Positions 22,934 to 32,040 of a stretch of DNA of 64,000 nucleotides are shown piece after piece. Both the position numbers and the translations under genes were made by a program. The notes beneath the pieces were generated by a model. That model saw only the letters and a program-made list of their open reading frames with translations, had not been told where the DNA came from and did not search any database. This DNA is from an uncultured Actinomycetes bacterium (GTDB lineage: Bacteria; Actinomycetota; Acidimicrobiia; IMCC26256; PALSA-610), in the NCBI GenBank assembly GCA_963835455.1, contig CAWIFT010000006.1:204503-268502 (forward strand). Direction: 5' to 3'. How positions within the stretch are numbered: position 1 is the stretch's first letter; every line of letters begins with the position of its first letter.

Positions 22934-23005
22934 GAGCCGTTCAGACGAGCCTGCGACCAAGAAAGCCGCGAGCCGCTCAGACGAGCCTGCGACCAAGAAA
23001 GATCA
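22934..23005. repeat. 36-bp direct repeat, 2 copies
   Basis: GAGCCG(T/C)TCAGACGAGCCTGCGACCAAGAAAG occurs at 22934 and 22970. The second copy runs into the crp stop codon. Confidence 0.85.
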
Positions 23006-23671
23006 AACAGTCGCGCGTATCTCGAGTTCTTCGCGGTTCACGATGCGGTACCGGCTGCGGCCGGAGATCTCGAGCCAGCCCAGCTTCACGAACAGGGCGA
23101 TCGCCTTGTTCACGCGTTCGCGTGAGGCACCGACCATGCCCGCCAGCTCCTCTTGGGTGAGGGGCATGCGGAAGTCGTCCTCGCCGTCGGCGAGCTCGAG
23201 GAGGCGCTTGGCCGTGCGCCCGGTCACGTCGAGGAACATCGCGTCGGAGAGCGCCTCGTCGGTGGCGCGGAGCCGCCGGGCGAGGATGCGCACCACGGCC
23301 CACAGCACCTCGGGCCGGCGGATGAGCACGTCGCGCACGTCGTCGAACTCGACCGCGATCAGGTGCACCGTCGTGAGCGCGCGGGCGTTCGCGGAGCGCA
23401 CACCACCGTCGAACATCGACATCTCGCCGAAGAGCGCACCCGGGCCGAGCACGGTCAGGACCGACTCGCGGTCGTCGGAGGCCTTGGCGACGATGGCGAT
23501 CCGGCCCGAGAACACCACGTAGAGGTGGGTGGCGGGATCGTCCTTCTGGAAGATCGTGTCGCCCCGGCGATAGCGCGCAAGGGCCGTTCGGCCTCGCAGC
23601 TGCTCGAGCAGCTCGGGAGGCAATGTTCCGAAAAGATCGGTCTTGTCGAGCACCGGCGTGCGTGCCGCCAT
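23003..23671 (-). CDS. crp: Crp/Fnr family transcriptional regulator
   Basis: 222 aa with a cNMP-binding domain (LGPGALFGEMSMFDG) and a C-terminal HTH (TQEELAGMVGASRERVNKAI). Confidence 0.85.
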   Translation of the reverse strand: MAARTPVLDKTDLFGTLPPELLEQLRGRTALARYRRGDTIFQKDDPATHLYVVFSGRIAIVAKASDDRESVLTVLGPGALFGEMSMFDGGVRSANARALTTVHLIAVEFDDVRDVLIRRPEVLWAVVRILARRLRATDEALSDAMFLDVTGRTAKRLLELADGEDDFRMPLTQEELAGMVGASRERVNKAIALFVKLGWLEISGRSRYRIVNREELEIRATV

Positions 23672-23870
23672 GTCTCCGAGTCCTGTCCTCGCGGGAGGCT
23701 ATCCGAGGCTTGTTCGGGCCGCCCGTGTGTTCTGGGTCACATTGGCATCGGCGCAAATGCGCCCCGGCCTGAGACCTTCCCCGACTCGGTGGACAGGTTG
23801 CCGCCGACGGTCCGTCAGGGTTCGGCGTGGCGCTGGTCAAGACGGCGGTTCCGCCGCCGATGAGACCGGG

Positions 23871-24909
23871 ATGTTCGTCGAGGGTGTTCGCCTGTTCGTC
23901 GTCGTTCTGGGCACCGCCGCGGGCTTTTGGGCGGCGCGCGCCTTTGGTACCGAGGCCCAGGGCCTCGGCGGCATGCTCGGCTGCCTGCTCGGCTACGTCA
24001 GCGGCGGAATCCTCGGCCGGGTCCTCGACAAGGCGTTGGGGGTGGTCGAGAAGCGGGTGGACCGCCGCTCGCCCGCCCGGTTCGTCGCCGGCACGCTCGG
24101 CGCGATCGCGGGTTCCACCCTCGCCCTCGTGCTCGTACTGCCGGCCGCGCTGTTGGTGCCCGTGCCGTTCGCGGTCTCGATGGTGGGCCTGGCGTCGTGG
24201 ATCTTCGGTTACGTCGGCTTCCGTATCGTCGCCCGGCAGAGCGAGGCGGTGCTCGAGTTGCTCGGACTCTCGACGCGACCGCTGGTGCGGGCCCAGGCGT
24301 TCGACGCCCGCGACGGCCTGTTGGTCGACTCGTCGGTGGTGATGGACGGCCAGTTGCTCCCGCTGACCCGCGCCGGCGTGTTGAGCGGCGACCTGATGGT
24401 TGCGCGCTTCGTGCTCGACGAGGTGCAGGGCTTCGCCGACGCCACCGACGACGTGAAGCGCCGCCGCGCCCGGCGCGGGCTCGAGACACTCGACCTGCTC
24501 CGCCAGGAAGGTCATGTGCGCCTGTTCGTGCTCGACGACGAGATCCCGGAGATCCCCGAGGTCGACGCGAAGCTCATCGCGCTCGCGCGTCGCCTCCAGC
24601 TTCGCCTGCTCACCAACGACGGTCCGCTCGCGCGCAACGCCCAGCTCCAGGGTGTCCCCACGACGAACCTCCGCAAGCTCGCGCAGGAACTGACGCCGAG
24701 CATCGGGCCCGGCGACTACGTGCGCGTCGCGCTGCACGCGTGAGGGCAAGGAAACCGGCCAGGGTGTCGGTCATCTCGACGACGGGTCCATGGTGGTCGT
24801 GAACGGCGGTCACGAGCTCGTCGGTGGTCCGGAAGTGATGTTGCAGGTGACCTCGGTCGTACCGACGGCCGCCGGGCGCTTGCTGTTCGCACGCCTCGAA
24901 GATGCCTAG
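23871..24909 (+). pseudogene. YacL-like membrane PIN + TRAM domain protein, frame-disrupted near 24738
   Basis: ATG at 23871, followed by TM helices and a PIN domain (LLVDSSVVMDG...LLTNDGPLARNA). The ORF stops at 24743 after GDYVRVALHA. The +1 frame continues REGKETGQGVGHLDDGSMVVVNGG...LLFARLEDA, a TRAM domain, to TAG at 24907-24909. Confidence 0.75.
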
Positions 24910-24933
24910 TAGGGGCGTCGGCCCCGCCTTGTT

Positions 24934-25602
24934 GTGGGCGGTCTGGGCCAGACTGTGCTCGTGGAGACCTGGGCGATCGTCGTCGCGGCCGGAGTCGGTG
25001 CGCGGTTCGGCGCCGCCAAGCAGTTCGCGCGTCTCGGCGATGTGACCGTCCTCGACCGCGCGGTCGGTGTGGCGCGCGAGTCGTGTGACGGGGTCGTCGT
25101 GGTGTTGCCCGCGGACAAGGAATGGCCGCCGCCGGAGGGTGTGCGCGTCGCCGTCGGCGGCGCAACGCGGTCCGCGTCCGTCCGGGCGGGCCTGGTGAGG
25201 ATTCCCGACGATGTCGACGTGGTGGTCGTGCACGACGCGGCGCGTCCGCTCGCGTCGCGCGCCCTGTTCGCCCGCGTCGTTGCCGCGGTGCGGGCCGGTG
25301 CGGACGCGGCGATACCCGGAGTGCCCGTGGCGGACACGGTGAAGCGGGTGCGCGACCACGTGGTCGTCGAGACGGTGCCGCGCGACGACCTCGTTGCCGT
25401 GCAGACGCCCCAGGCGTTTCGGCGCGGCGCACTGGAAGCCGCGCACGCGAACGACGGGGTCGGCACGGACGACGCCGCGCTCGTCGAAGCGGCCGGCGGA
25501 ACGGTGGTGGTCGTCGAGGGCGAGCCGCGCAACCTCAAGCTCACGACTGCCGCCGACCTCGAGCTCGCCGGGGCCTTGATCGAAGGGGCTCCGACGACAT
25601 GA
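24934..25602 (+). CDS. ispD: 2-C-methyl-D-erythritol 4-phosphate cytidylyltransferase
   Basis: Contains AIVVAAGVGARFG, VHDAARP and VQTPQAF. The true start may be the GTG at 24955 or 24961. Confidence 0.88.
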   Translation: MGGLGQTVLVETWAIVVAAGVGARFGAAKQFARLGDVTVLDRAVGVARESCDGVVVVLPADKEWPPPEGVRVAVGGATRSASVRAGLVRIPDDVDVVVVHDAARPLASRALFARVVAAVRAGADAAIPGVPVADTVKRVRDHVVVETVPRDDLVAVQTPQAFRRGALEAAHANDGVGTDDAALVEAAGGTVVVVEGEPRNLKLTTAADLELAGALIEGAPTT

Positions 25603-26099
25603 CGCGCAACCGCGTGGGGATGGGTTTCGACGTGCACCCGTTCGGCGCCGCGCCGCCCCTCGTACTCGGGGGCGTGACCATCGCGGAGGCGTCTCGGCTC
25701 GCCGGGCACTCGGACGGCGATGCGGTCGCGCACGCGGTCGCCGACGCGCTCCTCGGGCCGGTCGGCCTCCCCGATCTGGGCACGCTGTTCCCCGCCACGG
25801 ACGAGCAGTACCGCGGCGCCGATTCAATGCGGCTGCTCGCCGATGTCGCGCAACGCGTGGCGCAGCTGGGCTGGTGGCTCGAGAACGTCGACGTGACGAT
25901 CGCGGCGGAGACGCCCCGGCTCGCGCCCCATGTCGAAGCCATGGCTGCGAACCTGGTCGCCGCGCTGGCGCCCCTGCGCGAGCCGATGGGGCTGGGAATC
26001 GCGGTGTCGGTCCGGCCCAAACGCGGCGAAGGGTTGGGCGCGATCGGTCGCTCGGAGGGTGTCGCGGTCTGGGCCGCCGCGCTCCTCGCGCGCAGCTAG
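25599..26099 (+). CDS. ispF: 2-C-methyl-D-erythritol 2,4-cyclodiphosphate synthase
   Basis: ATG at 25599 overlaps the ispD stop. Contains GMGFDVHPF, GHSDGDAVAHA and TIAAETPRL. Confidence 0.9.
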   Translation: MTRNRVGMGFDVHPFGAAPPLVLGGVTIAEASRLAGHSDGDAVAHAVADALLGPVGLPDLGTLFPATDEQYRGADSMRLLADVAQRVAQLGWWLENVDVTIAAETPRLAPHVEAMAANLVAALAPLREPMGLGIAVSVRPKRGEGLGAIGRSEGVAVWAAALLARS

Positions 26100-26162
26100 C
26101 GCGCCTCTCGCACCCCGGAGAAACCGGGTCGGGCGCCGGCAGCCGCCGATTAGCCTCGACGA

Positions 26163-27527
26163 ATGCTGCGGCTCTACGACACTGCGAGACGGGCGAAGGT
26201 CGACTTCGTCCCGGCCGTCGAGGGACGGGTGTCGATGTACGTCTGCGGCCCGACTCCGTACGACGTGCCGCACCTCGGGCACGGTCGCAAGGAGATCGTG
26301 TTCGACACGATCCGCCGGTATCTCCTCTGGCGGGGGTACGCGGTGAGGTACGTGAGCAACGTCACCGACATCGAGGACAAGATCATCGCCCGGGCCGCGG
26401 AGGCGGGTACGACGGAATCCGAGCTCGTCGCCCGCTACGAGGGAACGTTTCGCGACGCGTTCGACCAGCTGAACATCCTCCTGCCCGACGACGAGCCGCG
26501 CGCCACCGAGTGGATCGCGGAGATGACCGACCTGATCGCGCAGCTCGTTTCCAACGGGCACGCCTACGTGATCGAGGGTGACGGCGTCTATTTCCAGGTC
26601 GAGACGCTCGCTGACTACGGCTCGCTCTCGCATCGCACGCTCGAGGAGTTGCTCGAGAGCGCGGGCGCACGCGTCGAAGTCGACGAGCGCAAGCGCGCGC
26701 CCGTCGACTTCGCCCTCTGGAAGCTCGCCAAGCCGGGGGAGCCGGCGTGGGAGTCGCCGTGGGGTCTCGGGCGGCCGGGTTGGCACATCGAGTGCTCGGC
26801 GATGTCGTTGAAGCTCCTCGGCGACGGCTTCGACATCCACGGCGGCGGGAGCGACCTCGTGTTCCCGCACCACGAGAACGAGATCGCGCAGGCGGTCGGG
26901 GCCGGGCACGAGTTCGCGCGCTATTGGCTGCACAACGGGATGCTGAACGTCGACGGCGAGAAGATGTCGAAGTCGCTCGGCAACTACGTCACGCTCGTCG
27001 ACATCCTCGACGAATACGACCCGCGCGCGTTGCGGCTCCTCGTGTTGCAGACGCAATACCGCCGGCAGATGGAGATCGGCGAGAAGGAGCTGTCCGACGC
27101 GGAGAAGGCCATCGGCCGCCTCGACGCGTTGGCGCGCCGGGCGCGAGCCGTTGGGCTTCCGAGCGCAGGCGTGCAGACCGCCGACGTCACCGCGTTCCGG
27201 GACGCGATGGACGACGACTTCAACACCCCCGCCGCCGTCGCCGAGATCTTCTCGCTCGTGAGCGACGCGAACCTCGCGCTGGACGAGGACCTCCCCGACA
27301 CTGCGGCCGCGGCGTTTGCGACGGTGCAAGAGCTCACCGGCGTGCTCGGCATCGAGCTGCATTCGGAGGCCGAGGTCGACACCGACATCGACGCACTGAT
27401 CGCGGCGCGCGAAGCCGCCCGCGCCGCCAAGGACTGGGCCGAGGCGGATCGCATCCGTGACGAGCTCTCCGCGCGCGGCATCGTGGTCGAAGACACGGCG
27501 CGAGGACCCGAGTGGCGCCGCGAGTGA
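26163..27527 (+). CDS. cysS: cysteine--tRNA ligase
   Basis: 454 aa with the HIGH-type motif PHLGHGR and KMSKS (EKMSKSLGN). Confidence 0.93.
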   Translation: MLRLYDTARRAKVDFVPAVEGRVSMYVCGPTPYDVPHLGHGRKEIVFDTIRRYLLWRGYAVRYVSNVTDIEDKIIARAAEAGTTESELVARYEGTFRDAFDQLNILLPDDEPRATEWIAEMTDLIAQLVSNGHAYVIEGDGVYFQVETLADYGSLSHRTLEELLESAGARVEVDERKRAPVDFALWKLAKPGEPAWESPWGLGRPGWHIECSAMSLKLLGDGFDIHGGGSDLVFPHHENEIAQAVGAGHEFARYWLHNGMLNVDGEKMSKSLGNYVTLVDILDEYDPRALRLLVLQTQYRRQMEIGEKELSDAEKAIGRLDALARRARAVGLPSAGVQTADVTAFRDAMDDDFNTPAAVAEIFSLVSDANLALDEDLPDTAAAAFATVQELTGVLGIELHSEAEVDTDIDALIAAREAARAAKDWAEADRIRDELSARGIVVEDTARGPEWRRE

Positions 27528-28267
27528 GCAAGGGCTCGGGCGAGCTCGGCGGAGATCAGATCGAAGGCCGACGCGCGGTACTCGAGCTGTTGCGCGCCGG
27601 CAAGCGTCGGCCGCGCGCCGTGTACCTGTCGAGCGCGGTGACTCGCGACGACACGGTGCAGGAGATCGTAGAGCGCGCCGGGGGTGCGTTGCGCGTGGTT
27701 GCGCCCGAACGCGTCGAGCAGATGGCGCGCAGCGACGTGCATCAGGGCGTCGTCGCGATGGTGCCGCCGTTGCGTACGGCCGATCTCGACGCGTTGCTCG
27801 CAGTGAAGAACGCATTTCTCGTCGCCGTCGACGGAGTGACCGATCCCCACAACCTCGGCGCGATCATGCGTTCGGCCGAGACCGCGGGGGCCACCGGCAT
27901 CGTCATGCCCCGCCACCGTTCCGCGAGCGTCACGCCCGTGGTGGCGAAGGCCGCGGCCGGCGCGATCGAGTATCTCCCGATCGCGCTCGTCGGCGGCATT
28001 CCCGCTGCCATCGACCGGGCGTCGCGTGCCGGATGCTGGTCGGTCGGTCTCGACGAGAGCGGCGATCGCAGCCTGTTCGAGCTCGATCTCGCCGACCAAC
28101 CGATCATGCTCGTGCTCGGGTCCGAGGGGAAGGGGCTCGCACGCCTGACCCGCGATCGGTGCGACGTGCTCGTGCGCATCCCGATGCAGGGGCATCTCGA
28201 TTCGCTCAACGTCTCCGCCGCGGCCGCGCTCGCCTGCCACGAGATCGCGCGTCGACGCAGCGGGTAG
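27512..28267 (+). CDS. rlmB: SpoU/TrmH-family 23S rRNA 2'-O-methyltransferase
   Basis: Contains DGVTDPHNLGAIMRSAE, LVLGSEGKGL and IPMQGHLDSLNVSAAAA. An alternative start is the GTG at 27524, overlapping the cysS stop. Confidence 0.8.
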   Translation: MAPRVSKGSGELGGDQIEGRRAVLELLRAGKRRPRAVYLSSAVTRDDTVQEIVERAGGALRVVAPERVEQMARSDVHQGVVAMVPPLRTADLDALLAVKNAFLVAVDGVTDPHNLGAIMRSAETAGATGIVMPRHRSASVTPVVAKAAAGAIEYLPIALVGGIPAAIDRASRAGCWSVGLDESGDRSLFELDLADQPIMLVLGSEGKGLARLTRDRCDVLVRIPMQGHLDSLNVSAAAALACHEIARRRSG

Positions 28268-28322
28268 GCGCGTCGACGCAACGGGTGGAGGCGTCGTCGC
28301 CACCAATAGAATCGCAGGCCAC

Positions 28323-28395
28323 GCCGGGTTAGCTCAGTCGGTAGAGCAGCTGATTTGTAATCAGCAGGTCGTCGGTTCGATCCCGACACCCGGCT
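28323..28395 (+). tRNA. tRNA-Thr (anticodon UGU)
   Basis: Acceptor stem GCCGGGT/ACCCGGC, D-arm AGCTCAGTCGGTAGAGC. Anticodon stem GCTGA/TCAGC with loop TTTGTAA. T-arm GGTTCGATCCC. 73 nt, with no encoded CCA. Confidence 0.9.
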
Positions 28396-28482
28396 CTGTC
28401 CCCGCCCGGCCGCGCAGGAGTCACCCTCACCCGTTCGGGGTATACAGAGTGTGTTGCTGGGTGGTGCTGTCGGGAGGAAGTC

Positions 28483-29490
28483 GTGAGCGAATCGGAAGCC
28501 GGGGCGCGGCCGCGGGTGCGGGTCGCGCTGGTGAACGACTACGAACTCGTGCTGCGCGGACTCGAGTCGATGCTGCAGCCGTTTCGTGACGTCATCGACG
28601 TCGTCGAGCTCGACGTCGATCGCAACCCGGACGAATGGGTCGATGTTGCACTGTTCGACACGTACGGTCATCCCCGGCTCGGCCTCGATCGCATCGCCAG
28701 TCTTGCGAACGATCCTCACGTCGGCGCGGTTGCCGTCTACACGTGGTCGTTCACTACCGAACAATTCGACGCCGCCCGGGCCACGGGCGCGCGTGGCGTG
28801 CTCGCGAAGTCGATGGCGGCCGAGGAGCTCGTGGATGCAATCCGACAGATCGCGCATGAACACGAGTTCGTCAGTGCGCATTTCGGGAGAAACGTGCGCC
28901 AACCGTGGCCGGGGCACGATCTCGGGTTGACACTGCGCGAAAGTGAGGTCGCCTTGTTTCTTGCGCAGGGATTGCGCAATCGCGACATCGCGAGCGCGCT
29001 CTGGGTCAGCGAGAACACCGTCAAGACGCACCTCAAGTCGATCTTCCAGAAGACCGCGGTGTCGTCGCGTGCGGAGGCGATCGTGCGCATCACCCACGAC
29101 GCGAGCTTCAGCCCGAAACGCTCGTCGGTGGGAACGCATCGTTCAGCGCGCCGTCGGACGGCAACGCGCCGGACCTCGGGGATGCTTGTATTTGGCGCGC
29201 GGAGCGAGCAGGATCGCGAGCCGATGAAAACATCAGAGCTGACCGCACACGAGCGCGCGTTGATCGATTTCGAGCGGGAGTGGTGGCAGCTCGGTTCGCG
29301 TAAAGATGTCGGTATCCGCGCTCGCTTCGACATCTCGGCGAGCAGCTACCGGCGGGCGTTGCACGGGTTGATCGACCGTCCCGAGGCGATGGACTACGAC
29401 TCGCTGACCGTGCTGCGGTTGCGTAAGCGGCGAGAGCAGGTACGACGCGACCGCATCGAAGGCCGGCGCGCCGATCCCGGCTCCCGGTGA
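28483..29490 (+). CDS. LuxR/NarL-type response-regulator-like protein read in-frame into a DUF3263 module
   Basis: One 335-aa ORF. It has a receiver-like N-terminus and a LuxR HTH (LTLRESEVALFLAQGLRNRDIASALWVSENTVKTHL). A 44-codon low-complexity basic linker follows. From ATG 29224 comes a typical DUF3263 sequence (HERALIDFEREWW...YRRALHGLIDRPEAM...RLRKRRE). Confidence 0.6.
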   Translation: MSESEAGARPRVRVALVNDYELVLRGLESMLQPFRDVIDVVELDVDRNPDEWVDVALFDTYGHPRLGLDRIASLANDPHVGAVAVYTWSFTTEQFDAARATGARGVLAKSMAAEELVDAIRQIAHEHEFVSAHFGRNVRQPWPGHDLGLTLRESEVALFLAQGLRNRDIASALWVSENTVKTHLKSIFQKTAVSSRAEAIVRITHDASFSPKRSSVGTHRSARRRTATRRTSGMLVFGARSEQDREPMKTSELTAHERALIDFEREWWQLGSRKDVGIRARFDISASSYRRALHGLIDRPEAMDYDSLTVLRLRKRREQVRRDRIEGRRADPGSR

Positions 29491-30050
29491 GCGCGAACGG
29501 CGGCGCGACCGGGCAGAATGGGGACATGAACCGTCCATCCGGGGGCAACGGCGAGTTCGCGCGGGGAGCAAGCGGCGCCGCACTGAAGGGCGCCGCACTG
29601 ATCGGTCTCGCAGTGATCGTGGGCGTCTTCCTCCTGCAGCGCGTCGACACGAGCAACGCCGGGTCCACGACGGCGCCGACCACGGCCAAGACCACCACCA
29701 CGGTCCACAGCTCGAAGCCGACCACAACGACCACGACGAAGCCGTTGACTCCGACCAAGACCCCCGACCAGTTGAAGGTGCTGGTGCTCAACGGTGGCGC
29801 GCCGACCGGCGCGGCCGCGCAGATGCGCACGAAGCTGCAACAGGTGGGCTACACGAACCAACCGCAGGCGAGTACGTGGACGGGCCACGCGCAGACGGGC
29901 CAGTCGGTGATGTGCCGCTCGGGCCTGGATCGCGAAGCGGTCGCACTGTCGCAACAGACCGCGCTGCAGGGCGCGAAGGTCGTCGCGTTCCCCACGCCTC
30001 CGCCACCTTCGAGCGAAGGTGTCGATTGCGTCGTCGTCGTCGGTAGCTAG
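29487..30050 (+). CDS. LytR_C-domain membrane protein
   Basis: GTG at 29487 overlaps the previous stop. It has one TM helix, a Thr/Pro-rich linker and a C-terminal LKVLVLNGGAPTGAAAQMRTKLQQVGY...VVVG. Confidence 0.65.
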   Translation: MSANGGATGQNGDMNRPSGGNGEFARGASGAALKGAALIGLAVIVGVFLLQRVDTSNAGSTTAPTTAKTTTTVHSSKPTTTTTTKPLTPTKTPDQLKVLVLNGGAPTGAAAQMRTKLQQVGYTNQPQASTWTGHAQTGQSVMCRSGLDREAVALSQQTALQGAKVVAFPTPPPPSSEGVDCVVVVGS

Positions 30051-31228
30051 GCCGATTTCCGCGCGCGCAACAGGCGGTCCCGCAGCGGACCGGTCGCAGC
30101 ATCGATGACGGTCCACGCCATCGCGAGCGCGCCCTCGCTCACCGCCCGGTCGGCGGACGGATTGATCGCGGCCTGGGTGAACTCGGGTTGATGGTTCACC
30201 GCGCCGCCCGTCTCGATCGCGAGGCACGGGTGGATCGACGGCACCACGAGGGAAACGTTGCCCATGTCGGTCGAGAACGTCGACACGCCGTCGTCGGACT
30301 CCGGTCGGCCGATGCTCGTCGCGTTGGCCCGGTACAGCTCGGCGAACTCGTGATCGTGGTCCATGTGCGCGTACACCGGGCACACGTCGGTGATGCTGAG
30401 GCTCGCACCCGTCGCCAGCGCGCCCGCCTCGAAGCAGTGACCCACGCGGGGGAGGAGCTGTTCGAGATCGTCGAGAGTGCGGGAGCGGGCCATCCACGTG
30501 CCTTCGGTGTGCGCGGGGATGACGTTCGTCGCGTCACCGCCGTGGGTGATGATGCCGTGGACCTGGTCGAACGGCCGCAGGTGCTGGCGCAACAGGCCGA
30601 TCGCCACCTGGGCGACCGTGAAGGCGTCGGCCGCGTTGATCCCGAGCTCGGGCGCGATCGCCGCGTGTGACTCGCGCCCGGTGTACTGCACGCGCATGTG
30701 TGCGACCGCGCTCACGCGCGGATAGAGGTCTTCTTTCGGGGTCGGGTGCACCATGAGCGCCGCGTGCACGCCCGCGAAGGCTCCGCGCTCGAGCATCAGG
30801 ATCTTGCCGCCGCCGCCCTCCTCGGCGGGCGTGCCGATCACCGACAGCGTGATGCCGAGCTCGTCCACGAGAGGAGCGAGCGCGAGCGCGGCGCCGACCG
30901 CACTCGAAGCGATGATGTTGTGTCCGCACGCGTGCCCGATGACGGGCAGCGCGTCGTACTCCGCGCAGATCGCGAAGTGCAGTGGTCCGTCGCCGATCCG
31001 GCTGCTGAAGGCGGTCGGCAGATCGCAGATCCCGAAGTCGACGGGGAGGCCGGCGTCCGCCAAGGCGCCGGCGGTCCACGCGCTCGATTGCTCCTCCTCG
31101 AATTTGAGTTCGGGGTGCGCGTGGATCCGATGACTGAGCGCGACGAGTTTTCCGCCCTCGCGGTCGACGGTGTTGCGGGCCGCGGACTTCATATCCGCGG
31201 ACCCGAGATCGGCGGTCTTCGCATCCAT
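30047..31228 (-). CDS. M20D-family amidohydrolase
   Basis: ATG at 31228 gives 393 aa. Contains IHAHPELKFEE, GHACGHN, GTPAEEGGGGK and a GGDATNVIP-type motif. Confidence 0.8.
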   Translation of the reverse strand: MDAKTADLGSADMKSAARNTVDREGGKLVALSHRIHAHPELKFEEEQSSAWTAGALADAGLPVDFGICDLPTAFSSRIGDGPLHFAICAEYDALPVIGHACGHNIIASSAVGAALALAPLVDELGITLSVIGTPAEEGGGGKILMLERGAFAGVHAALMVHPTPKEDLYPRVSAVAHMRVQYTGRESHAAIAPELGINAADAFTVAQVAIGLLRQHLRPFDQVHGIITHGGDATNVIPAHTEGTWMARSRTLDDLEQLLPRVGHCFEAGALATGASLSITDVCPVYAHMDHDHEFAELYRANATSIGRPESDDGVSTFSTDMGNVSLVVPSIHPCLAIETGGAVNHQPEFTQAAINPSADRAVSEGALAMAWTVIDAATGPLRDRLLRARKSA

Positions 31229-31245
31229 GCGGGTAGCGTCCCACC

Positions 31246-32040
31246 GTGGTCGATGCCGACGCAACGGTTGCCGCGCTGGGCGCGCACCCCGACCGCACCG
31301 CACTGTTGGTCGACTTCGACGGATCGCTCTCGCCGATCGTCGAGCGCCCGGAGGACGCGCGCCCGTTGCCGAACACGTTGGCGGTGCTCGAACGGCTCGC
31401 CGCCGGGCTCGGGCGCGTCGCGATCGTCAGCGGACGTCCTGTCGGCTTTCTGGCCCGCCACCTCCCGGTCGACGGGCTCGCGCTCGTCGGCCTCTACGGG
31501 ATGGAGCAGTTGATCGACGGCGCGTACTCGGTGGATCCGCGCGTCGAGCCGTATCTCGTCGCCGTGGCCGCGGCGACGGCCGAACTCGAAGCTCAGTTGC
31601 CCCGGGACGTGATCGAACCGAAGTCGGGAATCAGCGTCACGCTGCACTGGCGGCCCGTTCCCGACCAGGCCGAGCACATCGTGGAGGTCGCGCACGCGGT
31701 CGGCGCCAAGCACGGGCTCGGCGAGTTGCGCACCCGCATGGCGGTCGAGCTCCGCCCCCCGATCGACATCGACAAGTCGTTCGCCACGCGCGGTCTCATC
31801 GAGGGTTTCGACGTCGCCGCGTTCGCGGGCGACGACTACGGCGACCTCCCCGCGTTCGCGGAGTTGGGACGCGCGACCGAAGACGGCCGGCTGCGCACCG
31901 CGGTCCGGATCGGCGTGTTGTCGAGCGAGGCCCCGCCCGAGCTGACCGGCGCGGTCGACGTGGTCGTGAACGGTCCCGACGAATTGCTCGCGCTACTGAC
32001 CCGCCTCGCGGAGCAGATCGGCAAGCCAGTCGGCGGGTGA
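31246..32040 (+). CDS. otsB: trehalose-6-phosphate phosphatase (HAD-IIB)
   Basis: Contains LLVDFDGSLSPIV, IVSGRP and a late GDDYGD motif. 264 aa. Confidence 0.75.
   Translation: MVDADATVAALGAHPDRTALLVDFDGSLSPIVERPEDARPLPNTLAVLERLAAGLGRVAIVSGRPVGFLARHLPVDGLALVGLYGMEQLIDGAYSVDPRVEPYLVAVAAATAELEAQLPRDVIEPKSGISVTLHWRPVPDQAEHIVEVAHAVGAKHGLGELRTRMAVELRPPIDIDKSFATRGLIEGFDVAAFAGDDYGDLPAFAELGRATEDGRLRTAVRIGVLSSEAPPELTGAVDVVVNGPDELLALLTRLAEQIGKPVGG

Noticed and set aside
28323-30050. Genomic island integrated at tRNA-Thr.
   Set aside because: There is no integrase, no duplicated tRNA 3' end (att-like repeat) in the window, and downstream genes have typical composition.
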